From Antedon mediterranea (Eukaryota; Animalia; Echinodermata): a DNA stretch of 64,000 nt. Of the stretch, positions 26,511 to 39,100 are shown in pieces. Below the pieces are notes generated by a model, which saw nothing but the letters and a program-made list of their open reading frames with translations, was not told the origin of the DNA and searched no databases. The stretch's first letter is position 1. Every line of letters begins with the position of its first letter. The stretch lies in assembly GCF_964355755.1 (NCBI RefSeq), contig NC_092676.1, positions 13,348,871 to 13,412,870 of the forward strand. Direction: 5' to 3'. Both the position numbers and the translations under genes were made by a program.

Positions 26511-26970
26511 TCACACAAAACATCAAAGTGTACAGAATAGTTTTAAATCGCATTTGGAGACGTTTTAGACCATTTTGTGATTTTCGAAAAAACATGTTAA
26601 CATAAAAACATCAAAGTGTACAGAATAGCTTCAAATCGCATTTGGAGACGTTTTAGAACATTTTGTGCATTTCGATGAAACTTGGTTACAAAAAAACATC
26701 AAAGTGCTTAAAATCACATTAGAAACCGTTTTAGACCATTTTGAGCATTTCGATGTAATTTTTCACACAAAAACATCAAAGTGCACAAAATAGCTTAATA
26801 TCGTATTTAAAAACGTTTTAGACCATTTTGAGCATTTCGACAAAACTTTTTCACACAAAACATCAAAGTGTACAGAATAGCTTCAAATCGCATTTAGAAA
26901 CGTTTTAGACCATTTTGTGATTTTCGAAAAAATTTGTTAACATAAAAACACCAAAGTGCTAAGAATAGCT
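26511..26970 (+). repeat. SatB, forward orientation
   Basis: About 5 units of the 88-bp repeat. Confidence 0.92.
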
Positions 26971-26974
26971 ACAG

Positions 26975-29900
26975 TATTAACATCATCTTATAGAGCCATA
27001 GTCTTTTTACTAGCGTAGTAACTAGTTATGTCAAAAAAAAGGGTATGTATGTGCATAAATGGCAATATTACAGCATAATTTGTGAATTTTAAAAAGTGGA
27101 AATTTTAGTCGTTTTTAGAAAAAAATTCCTATGGTCCCCCACCATGGACATTTTCGCAAAAATGGCCAAACTTCAACCCTTTTATTTTTTGAGATGATGT
27201 TAACACAATATATGTGCATAAATGGCAATATTATAGCATAATTATAGAATTTAAAAAATTGGAAATTTTGGCCATTTTTCGAAAAAATTCCTATGGTCCC
27301 GCAGAGGGAAATTTTGCAAAATTGGCAAAATTTCGACCATTTTATTTTTTGACATAACTAGTTATGCTCTATAAGATGATGTTAACACAATATATGACCA
27401 TAAATGGCAATATTATAGCATAATTATTTAATTTTAAAAAGTGGAAAATTTTTGCCATTTTCAACCATTTTATATTTTGACATAAGTAGTTGCTATGGCT
27501 CTATAAGATGATGTTAGCACAATATATTTGCATAAATTGCAATATTATAGCATAATTTTTTAATTTTAAACAATAGAAATTTTGACCATTTTTCGAAAAA
27601 AATCCTATGGTCCCCCGTAGGGAAATTTTTCGAAAAATTGCCAAATTTCGACCCTTTTATTTTTTGACATAACTAGTTACTATGGCTCAATTAGATGATG
27701 TTAACACAATATACAGTCGATCAGCGAGAGAGAGAGAGATATATCAGCGAGAGAGAGAGAGACAGATCGGCTAGAGAGAGACAGATCAGCGAGAGAGATA
27801 CACAGATCAGCGAGAGAGAGACAGATCAGCGAGAGAGAGACAGATCAGCGAGAGAGAGATAGATCAGCGAGAGAGAGAGATAGATCAGCGAGAGAGAGAG
27901 AGAGAGATAGATCAGCGAGAGAGATATAGATCAGCGAGAGAGATATAGATCAGCGAGAGAGAGATAGATCAGCGAGAGAGAGATAGATCAGCGAGAGAGA
28001 GATAGATCAGCGAGAGAGAGAGAGAGACAGATCAGCGAGAGAGATAGATCAGCGAGAGAGAGATAGATCAGCGAGAGAGAGATAGATCAGCGAGAGAGAT
28101 AGATCAGCGAGAAAGAGATAGATCAGCGAGAGAGAGATAGATCAGCGAGAGATAGATAGATCAGCGAGAGAGAGAGATAGATCAGCCAGAGAGATATAGA
28201 TCAGCCAGAGAGATATAGATCAGCGAGAGAGAGATAGATCAGCGAGAGAGAGAGATAGATCAGCGAGAGAGAGATAGATCAGCGAGAGAGAGAGAGACAG
28301 ACAGATCAGCGAGAGAGACACAGATCAGCGAGAGAGAGACAGATTAGCGAGAGAGAGACAGATCAGCGAGAGAGAGAAACAGATCGGCTAGAGAGAGACA
28401 GATCAGCGAGAGAGAGAGACAGATCGGCTAGAGAGAGACAGATCAGCGAGAGAGAGAGAGAGATAGATCAGCGAGAGAGATAGATCAGCGATAGAGAGAT
28501 AGATCAGCGAGAGAGAGATAGATCAGCGAGAGAGAGATAGATATGCGGGAGAGAGAGAGATAGATCAGCGAGAGAGAGAGATAGATCAGCGAGAGAGAGA
28601 GATAGATCAGCGAGAGAGAGATAGATCAGCGAGAGAGATCAGTGAGAGAGAGATACACCAGCGAGAGAGAGAGATACATCAGCGAGACAGAGAGGTAGAT
28701 CAGCGAGACAGAGATAGATACATCAGCGAGACAGAGAGTGATAGATCGGGGAGAGAGAGATAGATCAGCGAGAGAGAGAGAGATATATATCAGCGAGAGA
28801 GAGATAGATTAGCGAGAGAGAGATAGATCAACGAGAGAGAGATAGATCAGCGAGAGAGAGATAGATCAGCGAGAGAGAGATAGATCAGCGAGAGAGAGAG
28901 AAAGATCAGCGAGAGAGAGATAGATCAGCGAGAGAGAGATAGTTCAACGAGAGAGAGATAGATCAGCGAGAGAGAGATAGATCAGCGAGAGAGAGTTACA
29001 GGATGTGCATAAATGGGAATATTATAGCTTAATTATTAAATTTTAAACGGTGGAAATTTTGGTTATTTTTCGAAAAAATTCCTGTGGTCCCCCGGAGGAA
29101 AATTTTCGAAAAAATGGCCAAATTTCGACCCTTTTATTTTTTGACATAACTAGTAACTATGGCTCTATAAGATGATATTAGCACAATATATTTGCATAAA
29201 TGGCAATATTATAGCATAATTTTCGAATTTTAAAAAATGTCAATTTTCGCCATTTTTCGAAAAAAATTCCTGTGGTCCCCCGCAAGAAAATTTTCGAAAA
29301 AATAGTCAAATTTCGACCCTTTTATTTTTTGACATAACTTGTTACTCTGGCTGTATAAGATGATGTTAGCACAATATATTTGCATAAATGGCAATATTAT
29401 AGCATAATTATTGAATTTTAAAAAGTGGGATATTTTGCCATTTTTCGAAAAAATTCCTATTGTCACCCGCAGGAAAATTTTCTAAAAATGGCAAAATTTT
29501 GACCCTTTTATTTTTTGACATAACTAGTTATTATTGCACTAAAAGATGATGTTAGCAAAATATATGTGTATAAAAGGCAATATTATAGCCTAATTATTTA
29601 ATTTTAAAAAGTGGAAAATGTTGCCATTTTTCGACCCTTTTAGTTTTTTGACATAACTAGTTGCTATGTCTCTATAAGTTGATGTTAGCACAATATATTT
29701 GCATAAATGGCAATATTATAGCATAATTTTCGAATTTTAAAAAAGTGGAAATTTTGTCTATTTTTGGAAAAAAATTCATATGGACCCCGCAGGGAAATTT
29801 AAGGAAAATGGCCAAATTTCGAAGCTTTTATTTTTTGACATAACTAGTTTTTATGACTCTTTAAGATGATGTTAGCACAATATATTTGCATACATGGCAA

Positions 29901-32900
29901 TATTATAGCATAATTTTCGAATTTTAAAAAAGTGGAAATTTTGTCTATTTTTCGAAAATAAATTCCTATGGACCCCCGCAGGAAAATTTTCGAAAAATGG
30001 CCAAATTTCAACCCTTTTTATTTTTTGAGATAACTAGTTACTATGGCTCTGTAAGATGATGTTAGCACAATATATTTGCATAAATGGCAATATTATAGCA
30101 TAATTTTTGAATTTTGAAAAGTGGAAATTTTGATATAATTCGTTACTATGGCTCTGTAAGATGATGTTAGCACAATATAATTATTTGCATAAATGGCAAT
30201 ATTTTAGCATCATTTTCGAATTTTAAAAATTGGAAATTTTGTCCATTTTTCGAAAAACTTCCTATGGTCCACCGCAGAAAAATTTGCGGAAAATGTCCAA
30301 ATTTCAGCCCTTTTATTTTTTGACATAATTCGTTACTATGGCTCTATAAGATGATGTTAGCAAAATATATCTGTATAAATGGCAATATTATAGCATAATT
30401 ATTTAATTTTAAAAAGTGGAAAATGTTACCATTTTTCGACCCTTTTACTTTTTTTGACATAACTAGTTGCTATGTCTCTTTAAGATGATGTTAGCACAAT
30501 ATATGTGCATAAATGGCAATATTATAGCATAATTTTAAAACTTTTTAAAATGCAATAATTATGCTATAATATTTCCATTTATTCACATATATTGTGCAAA
30601 ACATCACCTTATAGAGCCATAGCAACTAGTTATGTCAAAAAATAAAAGGGTCGAAATTTGGCCATTTTCCGAAAAATTTCCCTGCGGGGGACCATAGGAA
30701 TTTTTGTTCGAAAAATGGCCAAAATTTAAACTTTCTAAAATTCAAAAATTATGCTATATATATTGCCATTTATGCACATATATTGTGCTAACATCCTCTT
30801 ATAGAGACATAGTAACTAGTTATGTCAAAAAATAAAAGGGTCGAAAAATGCAAAAATGTTCCACCTTTTAACATTAAATAATTATGCTATAATATTGCCA
30901 TTTATGCAAATATAATGTGCTAAAATCATCTTATAGAGCCTTAGTAACTAGTTATGTCAAAAAATAAAAGGGTCGAAATTTGGCCATTTTTTGGAAATTT
31001 TCCTACGGGGGACCATAGGAATTTTTTTGAAAAATGGCCAAAATTTCCACTTTTTAAAATTCAATAATTATGTTATAATATTGCCATTTATGCACATATA
31101 TTGTGTTAACATCATCTTATAAAGCCATCGTAACTACTTATGTCAAAAAAATAAAAGAGTTTAAAAATGGCAAAATTTTCCACTTTTTCAAATTAAATAA
31201 TTATGCTATAATATTTCCATTTATACAGATATATTTTGCTAACTTCATCTTTTAGAGCCATAGTAAGGAATTATATCAAAAAATAAAATGCTTGAAATTT
31301 GCAAATTTTTCGAAAATTTTCCTGCAGGGGACCTTAGGAATTTTTTTCGAAAAATGGCTAAAATTTTAACTTTCTAAAATTAAAAAATTATGCTATAATA
31401 TTGCCATTTATGCACATATATTGTGCTAACATCATCTTATAGAGACATAGTAACTAGTTATGTCAAAAAATAAAAGTGCCGAAAAATGCCAAAATTGTCC
31501 ACTTTTTAAAATTAAATAATTATGCTATAATATTGCCATTTATGCACATATATTGTGTTAACATCATCTTTTAGAGCCATAACTAGTTATGTCAAAAAAT
31601 AAAAGTGTCGAAATTTGGCCATTTTTCGAAAATTTTCCTACGGGGGACCACAGGATTTTTTTCAAAAAATAACCAAAATTTCCACCTTTTAAAATTCAAT
31701 AATTATGCTATAATAATATTGCCATTTATACACATATATTGTGTTAACATCATCTTATAGAGGGTAACTAGTTATGTCAAAAAATAAAAGGGTCGAAATT
31801 TGGCCATTTTTTGAAAATTTCCCTGCGGGGGATCATAGGAATTTATTCGAAAAATGGCCAAAATTTCTACTTTTTAAATTTCAATAATTATGCTATAATA
31901 TTGGCATTTATGCAAATATATTGTGCTAACATCATCTTATAGAGCCATAGCAACTAGTTATGTCAAAAAATAAAAGGGTCGAAAAATGGCAACATTTTCA
32001 ACTTTTTAAAATTCAAAAATTATGCTATAATATTGCCATTTATGCACATATATTGTGTTAACATCATCTTATAGAGCCATAACTAGTTATGTCAAAAAAT
32101 AAAAGTGTCGAAATTTTGCCATTTTTGGGTAAATTTTCCTACGGGAGACAACAGGAATTTTTTTTTAAAAATGGCAATATTTTCCACTTTTTAAAATTCA
32201 ATAATTATGCTATAATATTGCCATTTATGAACATATATTGTTTTAACATCATCTTATAGAGCCATAACTAGTTATGTCAAAAAATAAAAGTGTCGAAATT
32301 TGGCAATTTTTCGAAAATTTCCCTACGGGGGACCACAGGAATTTTTTCAAAAAATAACCAAAATTTCCACCTTTTAAAATTCAATAATTATGCTATAATA
32401 TTGCCATTTATGCACATATATTGTGTTAACATCATCTTATAGAGCGTAACTAGTTATGTCCAAAAATAAAAGGGTCGAAATATGGCCATTTTTAGAAATT
32501 TTCCTCCGGGGGACCGCAGGAATTTGTTCGAAAAATAACCAAAATTTCCACCGTTTAAAATCCAATAATTAGACTATATTATTGCCATTTATGCACATAT
32601 ATTGTGCTAACATCATCTTATAGAGCCATAGCAACTACTTATGTCAAAATATAAAAGGGTCGAAAATGACCAAAATTTCCACCTTTTAAAATTCGAAAAT
32701 TATTCTATAATATTGCCATTTATGCAAATATATTGTGCTAACATCATGTTATAGAGCCATAGTAACTAGTTATGTCAAAAAAATTAAACGGTCGAAATTT
32801 GGCCATTTTCCTAAAATTTCCCTGCGTGGGTCCATAGGATTTTTTTTTCGAAAAATAGACAAAATTTGCACTTTTTTAAAATTCGAAAATTAAGCTATAA

Positions 32901-33068
32901 TATTAGAAGTTGGAAATTTTGTCAATTTTTCGAAAAAAATTCCTATGGTCCCCACAGGAAAATTTTCGAAAAATTGCCAAATTTCAAGCCTTTTATTTTT
33001 TGAAGTAACTAGTTACTATGGCTCTATAAGATGATGTTAACACAATGTGCATAAATGGCAATATTATA
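26975..33068. repeat. SatC array with orientation switches (forward to ~30538, reverse ~30552-32904, forward ~32905-33068), interrupted by a GA minisatellite
   Basis: GACATAACTAGTTACTATGGC units switch to GCCATAGTAACTAGTTATGTC after the junction ATTATAGCATAATT...AATTATGCTATAAT near 30521-30570. Confidence 0.93.
27714..28996 (+). repeat. Purine-rich compound minisatellite GATCAGC(GA)nTA, ~19-25 bp units, roughly 60 copies
   Basis: Direct reading, e.g. GATCAGCGAGAGAGAGATA repeated with variable GA count. Confidence 0.96.
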
Positions 33069-33329
33069 GGAAATTTAAAGTAATAAATTATAGTTTATAC
33101 GCAGCACAAGTATTTTCCATATCATAGCCTTTGTTCTATAGTAGGAATCGTTCAACCTTCATCAAAACGTTCATCTTACTTGGATTTATACAACTGTTTA
33201 TTGTATCATTTGTGTTTATTGTGCGTATTTAGTACATTTCAAGCGAATCTGTAATCAATTTATTTGAGACACAATTTCATTTATTATTCTTCAACGGCAG
33301 TTTTCATTAATTTTACTGATATTATTAAA

Positions 33330-34538
33330 ATGGCTCCAACAAGAAGCAAACGCTCAACGCCGTATGATAAGGGAGTTTCTAATTGGTCTGTAGCGAAACT
33401 AAAAGAAGAACTTAAAAAACTGGGAATTGTACACCCATCTCAAGCCAAAAAGGCACAGTTGGTGCGCTTATTCAATGAATCTGCTATTTCTCGGCCAGCA
33501 ATCGAACCTCAAGTTGCCGAGATTAGAAATCCTACAAACAGGGTACTGATTGACGTTTCTAAGTTGTCTACAACAGTACAAAATCTGCAACAAAATGTGG
33601 CATCATTGACACAAACAGTGAGTTCGTTGAGCTCTCAACAACAGCCGGCAGTTGGTAGTCCTTCACCAATCAATAGTAATGCCACTAGCTCTAGGGCAAC
33701 GACAAGTGAGGACATCACACTGGAGCCATTCTCCATTCGTTCAGCAGTCGAGGCATTCGAACGGCCTAGTACGTCGGCAACTGTTGTTCAAGAATCCTCA
33801 CAAAGAGGAACATACATACGTACCAGGTTTGGATACGCTGCGGAATCACTGCCCATGGTGGAAACTATATCACCTGCAATCCGCCAACCAATAGTATCAG
33901 GTAGGAATACTAATCTTGCTTCTCTATTAATTCCTTTATTCAATGCTTCGCCCCGAGACAATGAAGATGAAAATAATTCGTTCAAACACGATCCACGATT
34001 GGCAAAATCCCTCAATATTGGAGAATTTATCCAAGCCTTCGGGATTTATAAAAACATCATGTGCACTGCTCATTCCCAGCGGAGAGAGGAGCTCGACAAA
34101 TACGAAAGAGACATTGTAGACATGGCTTCTCGATACCTTGGAAATGGTTTATATGAATATCACAAACAATTTAGCTTAATTGCGGCATCACATTTGAGAT
34201 ACAACAATGTCCTTGTCGACTGGTTCATACAAAATAACACGCTTTTCTGTAACATTTTTGCCAATAGTCGCCCTAAAACATGCAACTATTGCAGCAGCAC
34301 ACTACACAGTACAGCCTTCTGCGATATATCCGAAAATTTACCTAAGAAAGCTACTATAAATACGGCCATCCCTAACGCAGACAACGACTGGTATGGTCGA
34401 CGACGCGTTTTTCATCAAGGCAGAGAAATCTGCAACAATTATAACGGTGATAGAGGGTGTGTAAAGACAAACTGCAATTTAGCTCACATTTGCTTGTTAT
34501 GTAAAGGCGGCCACTCACAGTCAGCATGCAGGTGGTAA
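33330..34538 (+). CDS. Gag-like ORF1 of the YR retrotransposon (SAP/LEM-like N-terminus, coiled coil, C-terminal Cys/His zinc fingers)
   Basis: Open frame from ATG at 33330 (MAPTRSKR). Motifs WSVAKLKEELKKLGI..KKAQLVRLF, CNYCSSTLHSTAFC and ICNNYNGDRGC...CNLAHICLLCKGGHSQSAC. Confidence 0.85.
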   Translation: MAPTRSKRSTPYDKGVSNWSVAKLKEELKKLGIVHPSQAKKAQLVRLFNESAISRPAIEPQVAEIRNPTNRVLIDVSKLSTTVQNLQQNVASLTQTVSSLSSQQQPAVGSPSPINSNATSSRATTSEDITLEPFSIRSAVEAFERPSTSATVVQESSQRGTYIRTRFGYAAESLPMVETISPAIRQPIVSGRNTNLASLLIPLFNASPRDNEDENNSFKHDPRLAKSLNIGEFIQAFGIYKNIMCTAHSQRREELDKYERDIVDMASRYLGNGLYEYHKQFSLIAASHLRYNNVLVDWFIQNNTLFCNIFANSRPKTCNYCSSTLHSTAFCDISENLPKKATINTAIPNADNDWYGRRRVFHQGREICNNYNGDRGCVKTNCNLAHICLLCKGGHSQSACRW

Positions 34539-36196
34539 AAAAACGGACAGGGGCCTCAAGTGATAGAGGCCACTGCACAACGTTAAATGAAACCGCTAAC
34601 TATGATAAAACAATAACCACCCCTATAAATATTGAACAGCTTCATAAGCATATGGCGCTGTGTCCAAACCCGTATCTAAAGAACTATTTGTTAGACGGGT
34701 TGGTATATGATTTTTCTACAGGTATCAAATCACTTCCAGAGCAATTGATTGAATGTAAGAACTTAAAATCGGCTACAAGGCAACCCGATACGTTTGCTGA
34801 ATTGGTAAAAACAGAAGTTACCAAGGGATATTTATTAGGCCCATACAATGTTATTCCATACAAACAATATCGCATAAACCCTATCGGTATCGCAGAAAGT
34901 AAATATTCCAACAAAAAGAGACTAATCGTTGAATTGTCCGCTCCGCACGATGATTTAACAACCCGAGCTTGAACGAACTTATAGAAAAAGATCAGTATTC
35001 ACTACAATACGTCAAAATAGACGACGCTATTAGAATGATTAAAAATCAAGGTCGTGGAGCATTATTGATAAAAACAGATATAACTGACGCATTCAAATTA
35101 ATACCCATCCACCCAGGACTGAGAGGCTACCATGGAATTAAATGGAACGAACAATATTACTTCTTTAAACAACTTGTTTTTGGTTTGTCGTTCAAGTCCA
35201 AAAATAGTTGACACACTATCCCAAGCAGTTTGTTGGATAGCTTATAACATTCATAATATTCTTCATCTTCTGGACGATTTTCTTGTAATAGAATCTCCGA
35301 CGGCAAACGCACATTCAACCAAAATGCGTTTTCTGGATATGTTTAAAACCCTTGGTATTCCGCTATCAGAAAAGAAAACAGAAGGACCTGCTACGTCGTT
35401 AGAATACCTCGATATATACCTCGATTCGATTAACATGGAAGCGAGACTACCAACAGAAAAAATAGCTAGAATTAGAAATATTACAACGGAATTCAGTAAG
35501 CGTGCCTCCTGTACAAAAAGAGAATTACTGAGTCTCTTGTGGCATCTAAATTTTGCTTGTAGGGTCATACACCCTGGCCGTTCATTTGTATCGCATTTAA
35601 TCAGCCTGTCAACTACAGTTAAGAAACTACACCATCATGTACGTATCAACAAAGATTGTAAGGCAGATTTAGCGATGTGGTCCCTGTTTTTAAAACACTG
35701 GAATGGTGTATCTTTCTTTTGAAATGATAATATCACAATTGCTAATGACATTTCGGTGTACACCGATGCAACACGCACATCTTTTGGTGGTATATATCGG
35801 AACGAATGGTTTCAGGGAAATTTCCCACAAATATACCTTACGGACAAGACGTCCATGGCGTTCTTTGAACTTTATTCCATCGTCATGGCATGTGTATTAT
35901 GGAGTAATAATTGGGCTAGAAACCGAATAATGTTCTTTTGCGATAATATGGCCACGGTTGAAATCGTCTCCAAGGGTAGGTCCAGAATACCTGATATTAT
36001 GAAACTGATGAGGAAACTAACATATCATTCTGCTATCCATAATTATCATATATGCGCTACTCATATTGCAGGGAAACATAACGTTATAGCTGATGCTCTT
36101 TCTCGCCACCAGATGCAGAAATTTCGACGGCTTGTACCAACAGCCAATGCTCTTCCGACACCATGCGTACACCATTCAGAGCTTCTAATGAATTGA
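34526..36196 (+). pseudogene. Reverse transcriptase/RNase H (pol) of the YR retrotransposon, frameshifted
   Basis: KKRLIVELSAPH, KTDITDAFKLIPIHP, LHLLDDFL, EKKTEGP; RNase H motifs YTDA, FELYSIV, FCDN, HIAGKHNVIADALSR. Split over four ORFs by frameshifts or stops near 34965, 35185 and 35720. Confidence 0.92.
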
Positions 36197-39100
36197 AACT
36201 ACAAGTCGAACAGTTATGAGACAACTCTATTTCTGATTCTACGAAGAGAGTATATAAATATGCATTGCGGTGTTTCCTAACATTCTTGACCATGTCAGGC
36301 GTACCAGTGAAGAAAGCAACACTTCCGCTAATTGACGAGGACCAACTTATATACTTTGTTACCCACATTCATTTAGACTAGACAAAAAGTAGTGAGCCCT
36401 CTAGCGGTCATTTGTGATTTCTGAGATTCATCGAAGCGCGACAACATCACCCGGAAATGATGTGAATTTAAAATTTTAATAGGGTTAAACTCTTTTAACC
36501 AATTGAAAGCCTTAAATTATAGTTCCTTATGAATAATTCATGAGAATAATTAAAGCAAGGGTTGAAGAAGCATGTGACTTGGTTTTTGGAACAGGATAGC
36601 AGTTATGATCGTTTCAGGTAATCATTGAATTTGCTCTTCTTTTTGTTAGATTTTATACGGTTTTTATCAATAATAATATTGTACATTTTTACGAGACCAT
36701 AAAAAAATTCCTCAATTTTTGAGTAAACGAGTGACTAAATAAAAAGTTACTATGTAATGTAAATATTCGTTTGACAAAAAATGGGCATGTTGATATTTTC
36801 AGGTATTTTTTAAATGGCGATTGAAATAGGTAAACAAATCACATGTATAACGGTGGATTGTGCGAAGCTGGGCCTAGCCTTGATGGTCAAACGCGTACTG
36901 CGTGTAATAATCAATGCGTATAAGATACACACGTAGTCGTTTAGGCCAATTTTTTTACATGTTTATTTATTAGTATTAGGCCCCATTCTCATTTATTTTA
37001 ATTAATGTACTGAATGTACCACACTTTACAACTCTATATAAATTAGATTTTGTACTTGTATTAAATTCAAACGTTTTATGGGATTTAAAACATTAAGCTA
37101 GGCCTTGTAGTAGGCCTAGGACCACATGCTAGGTTTTTCAGCCTAATTTATCATGCAGTATACCTCTAGCCCATCTTTCAAATACATATTTAAATTAACA
37201 TACTTTTTATATTTCTATATTTTTTATAGGATCTGACTCCAGAAAACATTTGCATCACTTGAAAGCGGCTATTAATGGACAGCATGTTGACATTCAAAAA
37301 AATTTGACCAGCTCTTATTAATTAAATGTCTTTTAAATTAAAGGTTTTCATTATAATGAAATGTACGGTGACAGAAATTTAAATGATTCTCATAATTGAG
37401 GTTTCTCTTAGATTTAATATTGAAGGTAAATAAATAAAGCTGTTTGTTATTCTTGCCTTTAGAAATAAACATGTTGTTAGTACTATATTATTAGGCCTAG
37501 GCCATTATACAAATTAAAACTAAAAAATACAGTAATCATATTTAAGGCCTACACAGCAGTACCTTACTTGATTTGATTTTTTTCAAATATTTAATTGATG
37601 AAATAAATGAGTTTGACTTTTCAATTAGTTGCCATTTTATTAGTTTCTGTGTGTTTTTATTTATATTCTTAAAATAATTGTATACAACAACTTTAAAGTA
37701 TTGCGCAGAAGTGATCAAATTATAGTAGGCCTATTTGTATGTTATTGTCGCTTAAAATTATGCAGTTAAAGTATTTGATTTTAGGGTGACAGAAACGGTT
37801 AGGCAAGAAAAGAAATAAATTTGGGAATTTTGTTATGCGGTAAAAACAATTAAACATAATTTACCCCTAATGCATGTAAATGTAGAAAACATTGCTTATG
37901 TTAGCGCGACCGAAACTCGCTACTGGGAATAGAGCCTGCAAAAGCGACGCGTACACACCTACTCGGGTGGAGCTAGACTTGCCCCAAGTCTGTATTATCT
38001 TTTTTTTTTATTTATTTGTTTTTATTTCGACCGCGATTTTTGTCTGAAAATACAGACTTGTGAAACACGTATAGAAATCGATTTGCAGACCGCAAACATC
38101 CGATAAGAATGACGTAGGTTATCATACCGTATTTGGCTATATGGGGCGGGCGGTATGTAAATATGGATTTCGAATCAACCAATGATCATTTTGTTTCAAA
38201 ATGAAAAAGATCGAGTACGTACAGTGCTGAATGTTCGATCGAGACTATTGAAATATAAAATCGTAATGCCAAGTTGTTTTCTTTATTAATTGTTTAGTCC
38301 TTGGCCTAGGCCTCTTTCATAGGTCCTACTCAATTCGCACATATGACCTGCCAAATAAAACGCCAATAAAGTAGGCCTACATACCACCACCGGCGGCACA
38401 CAAAAACAGGGCTACACCACCACACAGAACAGGACAGGGTCTGGGTGGGAATTAAATCAAAATTATCTCCGCGTAAAAAAATGATCCATTCAATGTTTGA
38501 TTTGCGGAGAAGCATAGCCTTCATATCAAGACGAGTTTTCATGTTCTTGGGAAAAATCCCATCAAATGTTTCCCAGACTACTAGGCATATAAAATAATTT
38601 CTAGCCTTCAGAAACTTTCATAAATGTACCCAAGTACACATTGTGTAAACGTAACATAGCGCATGCGCATCATCTTAGTTATGAGTCTTTGAAATTCTGA
38701 AATATAAATATTAAAACGGTGTACGAGTGAGTAGCCAATCGCATGCAGCTGAAACTAGTCAACCGGATAATCGTATGCACCAAGAATTCTTGGTGTCAAA
38801 CCACGTGACTTGTGCGTGTTTCCCCAGACGGAGTATCCAAAATCAAGTAGTATACGTGTGAAACGCCGTATGTGCCAAAATATTTATCTTTTTACTATTA
38901 TTAAGACAATACTCCGTCTGGAACCCAGACTACGGTGGAGCGCGATCGATAGTAAATATACCCGATTTCAAATGATCATAAAATTCTTTTAAAAAATATC
39001 AACATTTTGATTTTTTGAGGATTAAAAGTAAAGATATTGAAATTTAACATAATATTTACAAATATGTATTTAAAAATTCGGAAACAATTTTAGCGTGATA

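Noticed and set aside
27712-27720. Tc1/mariner terminus TA|CAGT at the start of the GA minisatellite
   Set aside because: There is no matching ACTG|TA at the other end.
33788-36368. Minus-strand ORFs over gag/pol, and similar antisense ORFs over the LINEs
   Set aside because: They are shadow frames of TE coding sequence with no recognisable motifs.
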